A DNA stretch of 64,000 bases from Candidatus Latescibacterota bacterium. GTDB lineage: Bacteria > Latescibacterota > UBA2968 > UBA8231. Shown piece by piece: positions 28,709 through 37,163 of this stretch (positions within the stretch are counted from its first letter, which is position 1; each line of letters starts with the position of its first letter). Under the pieces are notes generated by a model that saw nothing but the letters and a program-made list of their open reading frames with translations, was not told the DNA's origin and ran no database searches. Both the position numbers and the translations under genes were made by a program. Location: positions 2,080,001 through 2,144,000 of the forward strand of contig CBDFJF010000001.1 in the NCBI GenBank assembly GCA_965248265.1, written 5' to 3'.

Positions 28709-30844
28709 ATGAATCTTTTCGATCTGTTTGCCAGCCTGGACACCGGCGCCATCACCACCGTGGCAGGCGTCGGCTACAGCGAGGGCATAGAAGCAGCCGA
28801 AGCCGATATCGGCTGGCCCATGGGCGTCGTTAGGCTGCCCGATGGCGATCTCGTCTTCGCCGATATCCGCGGCCACCGCATCTGGCGCATTGATCTTGAG
28901 GGAATCCTCCACACCTTTGCCGGCGACGGCGTGCCAGGCAATTCAGGCGACGGTGGGCCGGCCCTCGACGGTCGCGTCTACACGCCCCACGACTTCTGTC
29001 TGGATTCCGAAGGCAACCTGTTCTTTTCCCAATTGGGTGCCCGCGGGCCCGACGAGGGTCCGAATACCATTAGAAGGATCGACCACCACACAGGTATCCT
29101 CACTACAGTAGTCGGCAATGGCAGGATGGGCCGCGGCGGCGAGGGCCTGCATGCGTTGGAAGCCGAGTTCGACACCACCACCGGGATCGCCGTGGATGAG
29201 GCTGGCAACCTGTTCGTCTGCGGCAAATGGGACAGCAATGTGCGCAAAGTCGATGCCCAGACTGGGATCATGTCCCTTTACGCCGGCCAAACCACGCGTC
29301 ATTACCCCGCGGAACGGGACACCAGTCGACCCTATAGCGGCAGCGCCTATTCCTTCGGCGGTTTCCACGGTGACGGTGGGCCAGCCTCCGAAGCCGCCCT
29401 CTACCATCCTGAACACCTGGCGTTCGATTCCGGGGGAAACCTCTATGTGTGCGACAACGGCAATCACCGTGTCCGGGCCATTGACCGCGACTCAGGCGTC
29501 ATCAACACCGTCTTCGGCGACGGCCAGGCCGCCTCGAGCGGCGATGGTGGCCCGGCAGTCGAGGCCAGCAGCCACGCGCCGGACGCCCTCTTCATTGACG
29601 GCCGCGGCCATCTCTACGTCGGTGAGGCCAGAGGCTGCAAGGTGCGCAAGGTCGATGGACGCACCGGCATGGTCTCGACCCTGGCGGGCACGGGGATCCC
29701 GGGGTTCGGCGAGGAAGGCCTGCCGGGACCCCAGACTCGTTGCAGCGCCGTCGAGTCTGGCATCTGGGTGGACGACGATGGCACCGTCTTCTACAGCGAC
29801 TCCACCGGACACCTTCGCCGTATCGATGCGGACACCGGCATCGTCAACACCGTGGCCGGGGGCACCAGCATCCATGACGGGGGACCAGCGGATCGAGCCT
29901 ACCTCGGCTGCCCCCGAGCGCTCTGCGTCGGTCCCGACGGCCACATCTACTTCTGTGACATGGTCCATGACCGCATCCGCGCCATCGACCCGGACACTGG
30001 CATCATACGGACGATAGCCGGTGATGGCGGACGCGCCTATGGAGGCGATGGCGGCCCGGCGACCTCCGCCTTCCTGCTCAATCCCTACGGTCTGTGTGTG
30101 GACCGCCAGGGCTGCGTCATCATCGCCGACACCCTCAGCAACCGCATCCGACGGGTCGATGATCGGGGCATCATCGAGACCATCGCCGGCACGGGAGTGG
30201 CGTCAGACCAGGGCGACGGTGGACCCGCTCGTAACGCCCCTGTCAACACTCCGCACGCGGTGGCCTGTCATCCCGGCGGCGATCTGTATATGGGGGATGC
30301 ATCTGGCCGCATCCGCGTCATCGACGGATCGGAGCGCATCCGCACGTTGATCGGTATTGGCCGGCAGGGCTGGAGTGGAGACGGCGGACCGGCCACGGAC
30401 GCACGGATTGGCACCCCGTCCTCCATCTGCTTCGATGCGGCCGGCAACCTCTACTTTGCCGATTTGACCCAACACGTCATACGCAGGGTGGATACTCACG
30501 GCATCATCACGACCCTGGCAGGCAGCGGAGAGCAGGGGTTTTCTCCAGACGGCACCCCTGCACGGGAAGCGCGTCTCCATCGGCCGTTCGGCGTAGTCGT
30601 CAGCAACGGCGGCACCGTCTACTTCTCCGATGCGCGCAACAACCGCGTTCGACGGATTGCTGCGGACGGCTCCTTGCAGACTATTGCCGGGGGCGACTAC
30701 GGCGGAGACAGCGGTGACGGAGGGCCGGCCATCCACGCCCGCCTCAACGAGCCCCATGGCTTGTGCCTGTACGGTGACGCCATCCTTCTTATCAGTGACC
30801 ATTACAACAACCGCATCAGGGCCGTGAAGCTCGACGCGGTTTGA
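28709..30844 (+). CDS. NHL-repeat (teneurin-like) beta-propeller protein
   Basis: About 12 repeats of I.T.AG.G..g..GDGGPA..A.l..P.gl..d..G.ly..D..n.riR.id; no signal peptide. Confidence 0.85.
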   Translation: MNLFDLFASLDTGAITTVAGVGYSEGIEAAEADIGWPMGVVRLPDGDLVFADIRGHRIWRIDLEGILHTFAGDGVPGNSGDGGPALDGRVYTPHDFCLDSEGNLFFSQLGARGPDEGPNTIRRIDHHTGILTTVVGNGRMGRGGEGLHALEAEFDTTTGIAVDEAGNLFVCGKWDSNVRKVDAQTGIMSLYAGQTTRHYPAERDTSRPYSGSAYSFGGFHGDGGPASEAALYHPEHLAFDSGGNLYVCDNGNHRVRAIDRDSGVINTVFGDGQAASSGDGGPAVEASSHAPDALFIDGRGHLYVGEARGCKVRKVDGRTGMVSTLAGTGIPGFGEEGLPGPQTRCSAVESGIWVDDDGTVFYSDSTGHLRRIDADTGIVNTVAGGTSIHDGGPADRAYLGCPRALCVGPDGHIYFCDMVHDRIRAIDPDTGIIRTIAGDGGRAYGGDGGPATSAFLLNPYGLCVDRQGCVIIADTLSNRIRRVDDRGIIETIAGTGVASDQGDGGPARNAPVNTPHAVACHPGGDLYMGDASGRIRVIDGSERIRTLIGIGRQGWSGDGGPATDARIGTPSSICFDAAGNLYFADLTQHVIRRVDTHGIITTLAGSGEQGFSPDGTPAREARLHRPFGVVVSNGGTVYFSDARNNRVRRIAADGSLQTIAGGDYGGDSGDGGPAIHARLNEPHGLCLYGDAILLISDHYNNRIRAVKLDAV

Positions 30845-30960
30845 GCATGACTGACCGCCGACTCATGTGTAGGTTATTGAGTACACGCTCAAACGCAGGC
30901 ATTCGGGTAGATGCCTGAGGACTGAACCACGAGCCGGGTGAACCGAACAGGCAACCCACC

Positions 30961-31194
30961 ATGACGATGTTCGTACTGCTGCAGAATGCTGCGCCCACAC
31001 AGCAACGGCTCAAAGCAGCCATCGATGAGTTCAACCGATCGATCAGCACGGAGACGCTGATCGTGTCAGCCGTTGTGCTGCTGATCGCTCTGCTGTGGCT
31101 CTACGCCATGAAACGTGCCTACCAGGCCTGGTTCATGCGCAAGCATGGTTTCCAGGATTCGTATATGCGAAAACGCAAGAAGTTCGACGACTGA
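30961..31194 (+). CDS. Small single-TM hypothetical protein
   Basis: 77-aa ORF with one hydrophobic helix and basic C-terminus. Confidence 0.55.
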   Translation: MTMFVLLQNAAPTQQRLKAAIDEFNRSISTETLIVSAVVLLIALLWLYAMKRAYQAWFMRKHGFQDSYMRKRKKFDD

Positions 31195-31298
31195 CCCGAC
31201 ATCTCTTGCCATTGCGACGGCGGTCTTTGTTCATTACGCCTGCCCGTCAAGGAACTCACGACCTCCCGGTGTTTGTGCTTGCGTGCGGAACACACTGC

Positions 31299-31335
31299 TG
31301 GCGGCGCACGCCTCCGGATTTGGCGCAAACCGCCA
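31299..31335 (+). promoter_or_regulatory. Putative tandem enhancer (UAS) sites for the PspF-like activator
   Basis: TGGCG-GCGCA-CGCCT (31299-31313) and TGGCG-CAAAC-CGCCA (31321-31335), 22 bp apart, about 80 bp upstream of a sigma54 promoter; same palindrome recurs before pspA2. Confidence 0.65.
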
Positions 31336-31412
31336 TTCGATCAGTCGAAAGGAATGTTGTAACTCGTTTTCCCAGTGAGAGCTTGCGACATTATTATCGA
31401 GTCCTGTCGGGC

Positions 31413-31428
31413 TGGCACATCCCTTGCA
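31413..31428 (+). promoter_or_regulatory. Sigma54 (-24/-12) promoter of the pspA1 operon
   Basis: TGGCAC-ATCCC-TTGCA. Confidence 0.85.
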
Positions 31429-31523
31429 TAACAGGTGGCAGACCCCTGCGTTGCACCACAGATGGTGCGCAGTCGAAATGCCAGGGGTACTGGACGAATC
31501 GAAAAGGTGACGGGAGAGCGAAA

Positions 31524-32219
31524 ATGGCCAAGGGAATGTTTGCTCGCATGGCGGATATCGTGAAGTCAAACATCAACGAGCTGCTTGACCGGGCGGAAGA
31601 ACCGGAAAAGATGATTCGGCAGATGATCCGCGAGATGGAGGACGCCGTGGGCAAGGCCACCGCGTCGGTCGGCACGGCGTTGGCCAACCAGAAACGGCTG
31701 GAGCGTCAGCGGAATGAGAAGCTGACCCAAGTGGCTGAGTGGCGGCGCAAAGCGGAGATCTCCGTTGCGGCGGGTGACGACGATCTGGCTCGGCGAGCAC
31801 TCGAGCGCAAGAGCGGGCTTCAGAAAGCGGCTGATGAACTGGGTCCGGCCGTGGAAGAGAGCAGTCAGATGGCCGAGCAACTCAAGGAGCAGCTACGGGA
31901 ATTGAAAGGAAAGCTGGAGGAGGCGCGTACCCGTCAGGGAACGCTGGTGGCGCGCCATCAGGCGGCCCGGGCGCGGGCTAAACTTGCCCAGAGCATCAAT
32001 GGGCTGGGAAGCGACGCGTTCTCGAGTTTCGAGCGCTTCGAGCAGAACGTCGAGCGCAGTGAAGCCGAAGCCGAGGCCCACACCGAGATCGCCGGCGAAT
32101 TGGCCGAGGTCGAGCGCCAAGCAAACCGTCTCGATCGCGAGGTGGCCGTGGATGATGAGTTGCGGGCGCTGAAGGAAAAGCACAACGCCCAAACGGGCGG
32201 GGACCAAACACGAGACTGA
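31524..32219 (+). CDS. pspA: PspA/IM30 family protein (paralogue 1)
   Basis: GMFARMADIVKSNINELLDRAEEPEKMIRQMIREMED, W..KA.....GDDDLAR.AL..K, FERFE..V...EAEAEA, VDDEL.ALK. Confidence 0.95.
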   Translation: MAKGMFARMADIVKSNINELLDRAEEPEKMIRQMIREMEDAVGKATASVGTALANQKRLERQRNEKLTQVAEWRRKAEISVAAGDDDLARRALERKSGLQKAADELGPAVEESSQMAEQLKEQLRELKGKLEEARTRQGTLVARHQAARARAKLAQSINGLGSDAFSSFERFEQNVERSEAEAEAHTEIAGELAEVERQANRLDREVAVDDELRALKEKHNAQTGGDQTRD

Positions 32220-32226
32220 GGCCGCA

Positions 32227-32751
32227 ATGCGTCTGCAATGGATACTGGAAGGCGGTATCAAACGACTGGGGGGCCTGTTTCTGCTGGTTTGGGCCATTCC
32301 CCTGTTCGCCGTGGGACTGGGACTTATGCTCTGGGGTCTATCGAAGGCTCTGACCTTGGCCATCCATACCGGCCCGCCTGGTTTTCTTCTGAGCGGAAGT
32401 CACTTCGAGCACCCGCTGTCCATCGGCGTCGCCCTCGTCGTGCTGAGTGTGTTAATGTGGGTCGGATCTCGCCGGCTGGACGCAGCCGTACGCACGTTGA
32501 AGGATCGCCGCGTTGAAAATGCTTTGTTGCGTCTGGCGCAGCAACGCGGTGGTCGGCTCACGGTCATCGAAGCTGCCGCGGAAACCGGTTACACCGCCGA
32601 GGAGGTGGCCCTCGTGCTCAGAAGGTTGTCAGAGCAGGGCTTTGTCGAGATCGAGGTCACGGATGCCGGTGTGATGGTGTATCGTTTTCCCGAAATCGCC
32701 TACGCGCCAACACCGGGTGAGAGCTGGACGAACAGAATAGAATCGGCGTGA
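32227..32751 (+). CDS. Two-TM membrane protein with C-terminal winged-helix-like domain
   Basis: Two hydrophobic segments, then LLRLAQQRGGRLTVIEAAAETGYTAEEV..VL..L...G.V...VTD.G..VYRF. Confidence 0.75.
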   Translation: MRLQWILEGGIKRLGGLFLLVWAIPLFAVGLGLMLWGLSKALTLAIHTGPPGFLLSGSHFEHPLSIGVALVVLSVLMWVGSRRLDAAVRTLKDRRVENALLRLAQQRGGRLTVIEAAAETGYTAEEVALVLRRLSEQGFVEIEVTDAGVMVYRFPEIAYAPTPGESWTNRIESA

Positions 32752-32769
32752 ACCGCGCCGGGAGGACTC

Positions 32770-32928
32770 GTGTCCGCGTCGGACAACGAGGTGAAGGAAC
32801 GCCTGACCCAGATTGAGAGACGCCTGACGGACACGCAAGAAGTGATGATCGCCTTGAACGAGAAAATGGATCGTTGGGAGGAAGGTCCCCGAATCAGGAG
32901 CGAGCAATGGTCGAAGTCATCTTCATAA
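32770..32928 (+). CDS. Small soluble coiled-coil protein (52 aa, not in ORF track)
   Basis: GGAGG RBS at 32761, GTG start; MSASDNEVKERLTQIERRLTDTQEVMIALNEKMDRWEEGPRIRSEQWSKSSS; similar to the next gene. Confidence 0.72.
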   Translation: MSASDNEVKERLTQIERRLTDTQEVMIALNEKMDRWEEGPRIRSEQWSKSSS

Positions 32929-33134
32929 GTATAGCCATCGCCGTCGTCATCCTCAGTGCCGGTGCTGTAAAGTGGATGAACATCTATATGCATAGGCGGC
33001 CGACGGCTGCCGATGCCGGTATCGATGAACTCGGGCAGCGCCTCGATGTCATCGAGGGAAGACTCCGCGATATCACCGACGTAATGATTTCGGTCAGCGA
33101 AAAGGTAGATAGCATGGACCAGACGCGGCCGTAG
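32907..33134 (+). CDS. PspB-like single-TM protein with C-terminal coiled coil
   Basis: AGGAG RBS; N-terminal TM, then ELGQRLDVIEGRLRDITDVMISVSEKVD. Confidence 0.7.
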   Translation: MVEVIFISIAIAVVILSAGAVKWMNIYMHRRPTAADAGIDELGQRLDVIEGRLRDITDVMISVSEKVDSMDQTRP

Positions 33135-33153
33135 ACGAACAGGAGAGCAACGG

Positions 33154-33306
33154 ATGGATATTCTGTGGAAAATCGCCGGGGTCGTCCTACTGATCGGCGG
33201 CGCGATCATCGCCTTCAAACTGATCGCCAGTATGTTGATGTTTGTCGTCACCGTGGCGGTCGCCGGAGGGCTCATTTACGGCGGTTACCGGTTGCTGACG
33301 CGTTAA
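33154..33306 (+). CDS. Small two-TM membrane protein (50 aa, not in ORF track)
   Basis: AGGAG RBS at 33141; MDILWKIAGVVLLIGGAIIAFKLIASMLMFVVTVAVAGGLIYGGYRLLTR; its TAA overlaps the kinase ATG. Confidence 0.78.
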   Translation: MDILWKIAGVVLLIGGAIIAFKLIASMLMFVVTVAVAGGLIYGGYRLLTR

Positions 33307-34697
33307 TGGTGCAGACGGCCGGTACAGAGGACGCCGCCGCGGGCGCTGTCGCGTCAGAGACGGAGGTCTTCTTTCGGCGGGGTATGGCCCTGCTGAAAGA
33401 TGGTCAGCAGGTCGAAGCGAGGGAGGAACTCGAACGCGCCGCCTCTGCCGGCCACATGGAGGCGCACTTTCAACTGGCTCTGCAGTACGCACGCGACGGG
33501 CGGCACCAGCGCGAGATACATAGACGCGCCGTCGAGCACCTGGAAGCGATTCTCGCATCAGCGGACGAACCGGACGGGATCGATACCCTCACCGCTGGCC
33601 TCGATCGGGTTTGTTTCGCCCTTGGCGGTTTGTACGCCGACAGCAACGGAGAGGGATCGCTGCAGCGCGGCATCGAAGTCTACCGCCGCGGGCTGACGAT
33701 CAATCCCCTGTCCGCGGTCGGTCACAGCAGTCTTGGACTCTTGCTCAAGAGGGCCGGGCATTACCTCGGCGCTCTCGGCGAATGCAAGCTGGCCATTCAA
33801 CTCGACCCCGACCACAAGGCGGCCTACACCAGCCTCGCTCAGCTGCTGTGCGAACACGTCGATGCGCAGGATCTGGCCACCGAGTATGCCCACATGATGG
33901 AAGAGTTCGGGGAGAGCGCACCGCGCGTGATCGCGACGTTGTCCATCGAGCTGATGGAACAGGGCCGTGGACAGATGCAGCGGGAAATGTACACGAAGAG
34001 CCACCAACTCAAGAATCTGCTGGGTCTCGTCGGCAGCCGTCTGCGCCGCGTCAGCCGCAAGCTGACGAAACGGGAAAAGGTATCAGCACCATTGGAGGAG
34101 CTCGTCGACGAGGTTGGCGAGGAGATGCACGGCGTCGAAGCGGAGTACGAACGACTCTACGAAGAATGGGTCGGTTTCCTGGCGGCGCTGACGCCGGACA
34201 CCCTATACACCAGCCTGGTGGAACCGGGGCGTGTCGTCGAGCGCGTGCTCGAAGCGCTGAGGCCGCGGGCCGGGGACACGGCACTGAAGTTGAGAACTCA
34301 TGAAGGGGTCCCCCGCATTCAAGCCGACGAGCGACTCCTGCGCGATGTGATTACCAACCTGTGCCTGAACGCCCTCGAAGCGACGGCAGAGCTGGGAGCC
34401 GGAACTGAGATTTCGGTAGGAGTGGGATATGATGCCAGCGCCGGTGTCGTCTTCGTCGAAGTCGAGGACGAGGGCCCCGGGATCGCCCCCGAGTACATCG
34501 ATCACGTCTTCGATCCAGGGTTCACTACCAAGGACAACGGCAGTGGCTACGGCCTGAGCATCGCTCGCCGCATCGCCCTGGCACACCACGGCGATCTCAG
34601 GGTGAAGAGCAAAATCGGGCACGGCAGCGTCTTCCGACTGGACATACCCGTGAACTTCGATGCGGAGGCTGGTCCTCACCTGGGGGAGATCCGGTAA
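33306..34697 (+). CDS. Soluble TPR-domain sensor histidine kinase
   Basis: N-terminal TPR/Sel1-like helices; H-box SHQLKNLL, N-box NLCLNALEA, G1 DEGPGI, F FDPGFTTK, G2 GSGYGL; no TM. Confidence 0.88.
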   Translation: MVQTAGTEDAAAGAVASETEVFFRRGMALLKDGQQVEAREELERAASAGHMEAHFQLALQYARDGRHQREIHRRAVEHLEAILASADEPDGIDTLTAGLDRVCFALGGLYADSNGEGSLQRGIEVYRRGLTINPLSAVGHSSLGLLLKRAGHYLGALGECKLAIQLDPDHKAAYTSLAQLLCEHVDAQDLATEYAHMMEEFGESAPRVIATLSIELMEQGRGQMQREMYTKSHQLKNLLGLVGSRLRRVSRKLTKREKVSAPLEELVDEVGEEMHGVEAEYERLYEEWVGFLAALTPDTLYTSLVEPGRVVERVLEALRPRAGDTALKLRTHEGVPRIQADERLLRDVITNLCLNALEATAELGAGTEISVGVGYDASAGVVFVEVEDEGPGIAPEYIDHVFDPGFTTKDNGSGYGLSIARRIALAHHGDLRVKSKIGHGSVFRLDIPVNFDAEAGPHLGEIR

Positions 34698-34698
34698 C

Positions 34699-36123
34699 AT
34701 GGCGCCCACCGAAGCTGCCGGCGTTGTGCTGATCGCCGACGATCAACCAGAGGTACTGGACGTGTTGGCGCAGCATCTGCGCACTCGCGGCAAGCAGGTG
34801 TTGGAGTTTCCCACTGGTGCCCTGCTCGCCCAGCATTTGAATCAGACCGCCGACGCCGTCGAGCTGGTCGTGCTGGATCTCGACTTCGGTGCCGGCGAGC
34901 AGGATGGCATCGCCACCCTCAGGCAGATCAAGCGAGATCGTCCCGACACCCCCGTCATCATCCTCACTGGCAAGGGCAACGTCGACGCCGCCGTCGACGC
35001 CGTGCAGCAGGGCGCGGCTGATTTCATCGAAAAGGACCTATTCGTCGAGGACAAGCTCGAACTGAGCATGGAAAAGGTGGAGCGCATGCTGCAGGTCTTG
35101 CGTGAGAACGCTGAACTGCGCGCCCGCAACCAGACCTTGGACCGCGACAACACGCTCTATCGCTCAGAACTGGGGCTCCGTTACCGCATCATCAGCGACA
35201 GCCCCAAGATTCACAGCATCCTGCGCCAGGTCGAACAGATCGCCAGCGTGCCGCGACCCGTCCTGATCCGGGGCGAGCGCGGCACGGGCAAGGAACTGAT
35301 CGCCGCGGCCCTCCACTACGGCAGCGATCGCGCCGATCGTCCGTTCGTCAAGCTCAACTGCGCGGCGGTGTCGGAATCACTCCTCGAAGCAGAGTTGTTC
35401 GGCCACGAAAAAGGCGCGTTCACCGGCGCCAATGAGGCGCGGCCCGGTCGCTTCGAAATGGCCGATGGCGGCACGCTGTTCCTTGATGAAATCGGTAACA
35501 CCAGCCTGGAGTTTCAGCAGAATCTGTTGCGTGTCATCGAGTACCCCGAGTTTGAGCGCATAGGCGGCAAGCACACGATTCGAGTCGACGTGCGCGTGGT
35601 CGCGGCGACCAATGCCGAACTCGAGGAAGCGATCACGCAGGGCAGTTTCCGAGCCGATCTCTACGATCGACTGCGATTCTCTGAACTGTCGATACCGCCG
35701 TTGCGACAGCGACGCGAAGACATCCGATTGCTCGTCGATTTTTTCGCTGCCGAGATGACGCGGGAAGTCGCCTCGATACCGGCACGCGGCTTCAACCCCC
35801 AGGCGCTGGCCGCCTTGGAAACCTATGGCTGGCCGGGTAACGTCAGAGAGCTCAAGTTTGCCGTCGAAAGGGCCCTGTGCGTGGCGACGGGTGAAGCCGT
35901 GGAGCCGGCCGATCTGCCACCTGAGATCACCATCGGCAAGACCGCCCCGAGCGACCAGACGACAGCCTCCTTCGACGATCAACTGGAAGGACTCGAACGC
36001 GGTATACTGCGACGCGCACTCGACGAGGCCAATGGCAGCCAGAAGAGTGCTGCAACCGCACTCGGCCTCACCTATGACCGCTACCGGCACCTGCTGCGCA
36101 AGCACAGCCTCACCGGCCAGTAG
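34699..36123 (+). CDS. Sigma54-dependent response regulator (REC-AAA+-HTH), PspF-like
   Basis: REC (ADD, LD, T, K); [48 protein letters not shown]; PspF-type [25 protein letters not shown]. Confidence 0.92.
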   Translation: MAPTEAAGVVLIADDQPEVLDVLAQHLRTRGKQVLEFPTGALLAQHLNQTADAVELVVLDLDFGAGEQDGIATLRQIKRDRPDTPVIILTGKGNVDAAVDAVQQGAADFIEKDLFVEDKLELSMEKVERMLQVLRENAELRARNQTLDRDNTLYRSELGLRYRIISDSPKIHSILRQVEQIASVPRPVLIRGERGTGKELIAAALHYGSDRADRPFVKLNCAAVSESLLEAELFGHEKGAFTGANEARPGRFEMADGGTLFLDEIGNTSLEFQQNLLRVIEYPEFERIGGKHTIRVDVRVVAATNAELEEAITQGSFRADLYDRLRFSELSIPPLRQRREDIRLLVDFFAAEMTREVASIPARGFNPQALAALETYGWPGNVRELKFAVERALCVATGEAVEPADLPPEITIGKTAPSDQTTASFDDQLEGLERGILRRALDEANGSQKSAATALGLTYDRYRHLLRKHSLTGQ

Positions 36124-36130
36124 CACCGAT

Positions 36131-36266
36131 TCCCTGCTGAGTAGCTTCGGTGGCGATCAGCGCCACGAGCAACACTATACTCCCTGCTGAGTAGCTTCGG
36201 TGGCGATCAGCGCCACAAGCAACACTACACTCCCTGCTGAGTAGCTTCGGTGGCGATCAGCGCCAC
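36131..36266 (+). repeat. 50-bp tandem repeat (2.7 copies), each carrying GTGGCG-ATCAG-CGCCAC
   Basis: Units start at 36131, 36181 and 36231; units 1 and 2 differ at 2 positions; palindromes at 36150-36166, 36200-36216, 36250-36266. Confidence 0.95.
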
Positions 36267-36331
36267 GCCGTTGGCCCCACCCGCCTTCAGCTGTTTCGTT
36301 ACAATAGCGATAAATCATTCAAGTTTATTAA

Positions 36332-36344
36332 AAACAACAGATTG
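36332..36344 (+). promoter_or_regulatory. Possible IHF site in AT-rich spacer between UAS and sigma54 promoter
   Basis: AAACAACAGATTG, one mismatch to WATCAANNNNTTR, inside an unusually AT-rich tract (about 36300-36352). Confidence 0.4.
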
Positions 36345-36372
36345 TAAGTTTTGTCGGGCAATCAGAATCCTC

Positions 36373-36387
36373 TGGCACAGTCCTTGC
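36373..36387 (+). promoter_or_regulatory. Sigma54 (-24/-12) promoter of the pspA2 operon
   Basis: TGGCAC-AGTCC-TTGC. Confidence 0.85.
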
Positions 36388-36452
36388 CATGAGTGTTTTG
36401 TGGACTCGGCCATTGCGGGTCCGTCGGTTTTCGCTAATTGCAGAGGAGGTAG

Positions 36453-37163
36453 ATGATGGTCAAGTCAACGCTGGGTCGAATCGGACACATTCTGTCATCC
36501 AGTGTCAACGACGCTCTGGACCGACTCGAAGATCCGGAGAAGCAGGTGCGTCAACTCATCCGGGACATGGAGGCAGCAATCGAGGACGCCATCCGTTCGG
36601 TGAGTACGGCGGTCGCCGATGAGCGACGGCTTGCCCGTCGCTGCGAAGAGGATGAGCGTCAGGTGAAGAAGCTCGACAAGTTGGCCCGTCGCGCGATCGA
36701 AAGCGGCGACGAGAGTCTCGCCCGCGCCATGACCGTACGTCGACTGGCGTACGAGCAGGCGAGCGCCGTCGATGCCCTCGGCGAAAGCCGCGACACCGTG
36801 ACCAGGCTGAAAACCCAACTCACCGAGATGCGTTGCAACCTGCAGCAGGCACGAGACCGACAAGGCAGTCTGATCGCTCGTATTCGGGCGGCCAGATCCA
36901 TGCCGGGATGGTCGACGACGGCCACGGCTCAGAAGGAAGATCCCTACGCGGACTTTCAGCGTCTTGCGTGCAAGCTCGATCGCAGTCGCGAAGAGCTCGA
37001 ACACCTCAGGGCTGAGGTCGAAATCTTCGAAGAGACCAAGGTGGGAATAGAAGAGGAACAGACCGGCACCGGGGCGGCATTCGAAAGGCAGGTGCGAGAT
37101 CTCGAGCTGAAACGGCGTATCGACGAGGAGATGGATCTGCTGCGACAGAAAGTGGGCACCTGA
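36453..37163 (+). CDS. pspA: PspA/IM30 family protein (divergent paralogue 2)
   Basis: GAGGAGG RBS; LGRI..ILSS.VN.ALD.LEDPEK..RQLIRDME, A..AI..GDE.LAR, IDEEM..LR.K. Confidence 0.85.
   Translation: MMVKSTLGRIGHILSSSVNDALDRLEDPEKQVRQLIRDMEAAIEDAIRSVSTAVADERRLARRCEEDERQVKKLDKLARRAIESGDESLARAMTVRRLAYEQASAVDALGESRDTVTRLKTQLTEMRCNLQQARDRQGSLIARIRAARSMPGWSTTATAQKEDPYADFQRLACKLDRSREELEHLRAEVEIFEETKVGIEEEQTGTGAAFERQVRDLELKRRIDEEMDLLRQKVGT

Noticed and set aside
31095-31523. Long N-terminal extension of PspA1 given by the ORF track (likewise extensions from 17133, 21754, 33165 and 57558)
   Set aside because: The extension spans the UAS and sigma54 promoter or overlaps real small genes; downstream starts have RBS or coupling and match family N-termini
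36131-36266. CRISPR array (36-bp palindromic repeats with spacers)
   Set aside because: The 'spacers' are only 14 bp and nearly identical, and no cas genes are present; this is a 50-bp tandem repeat
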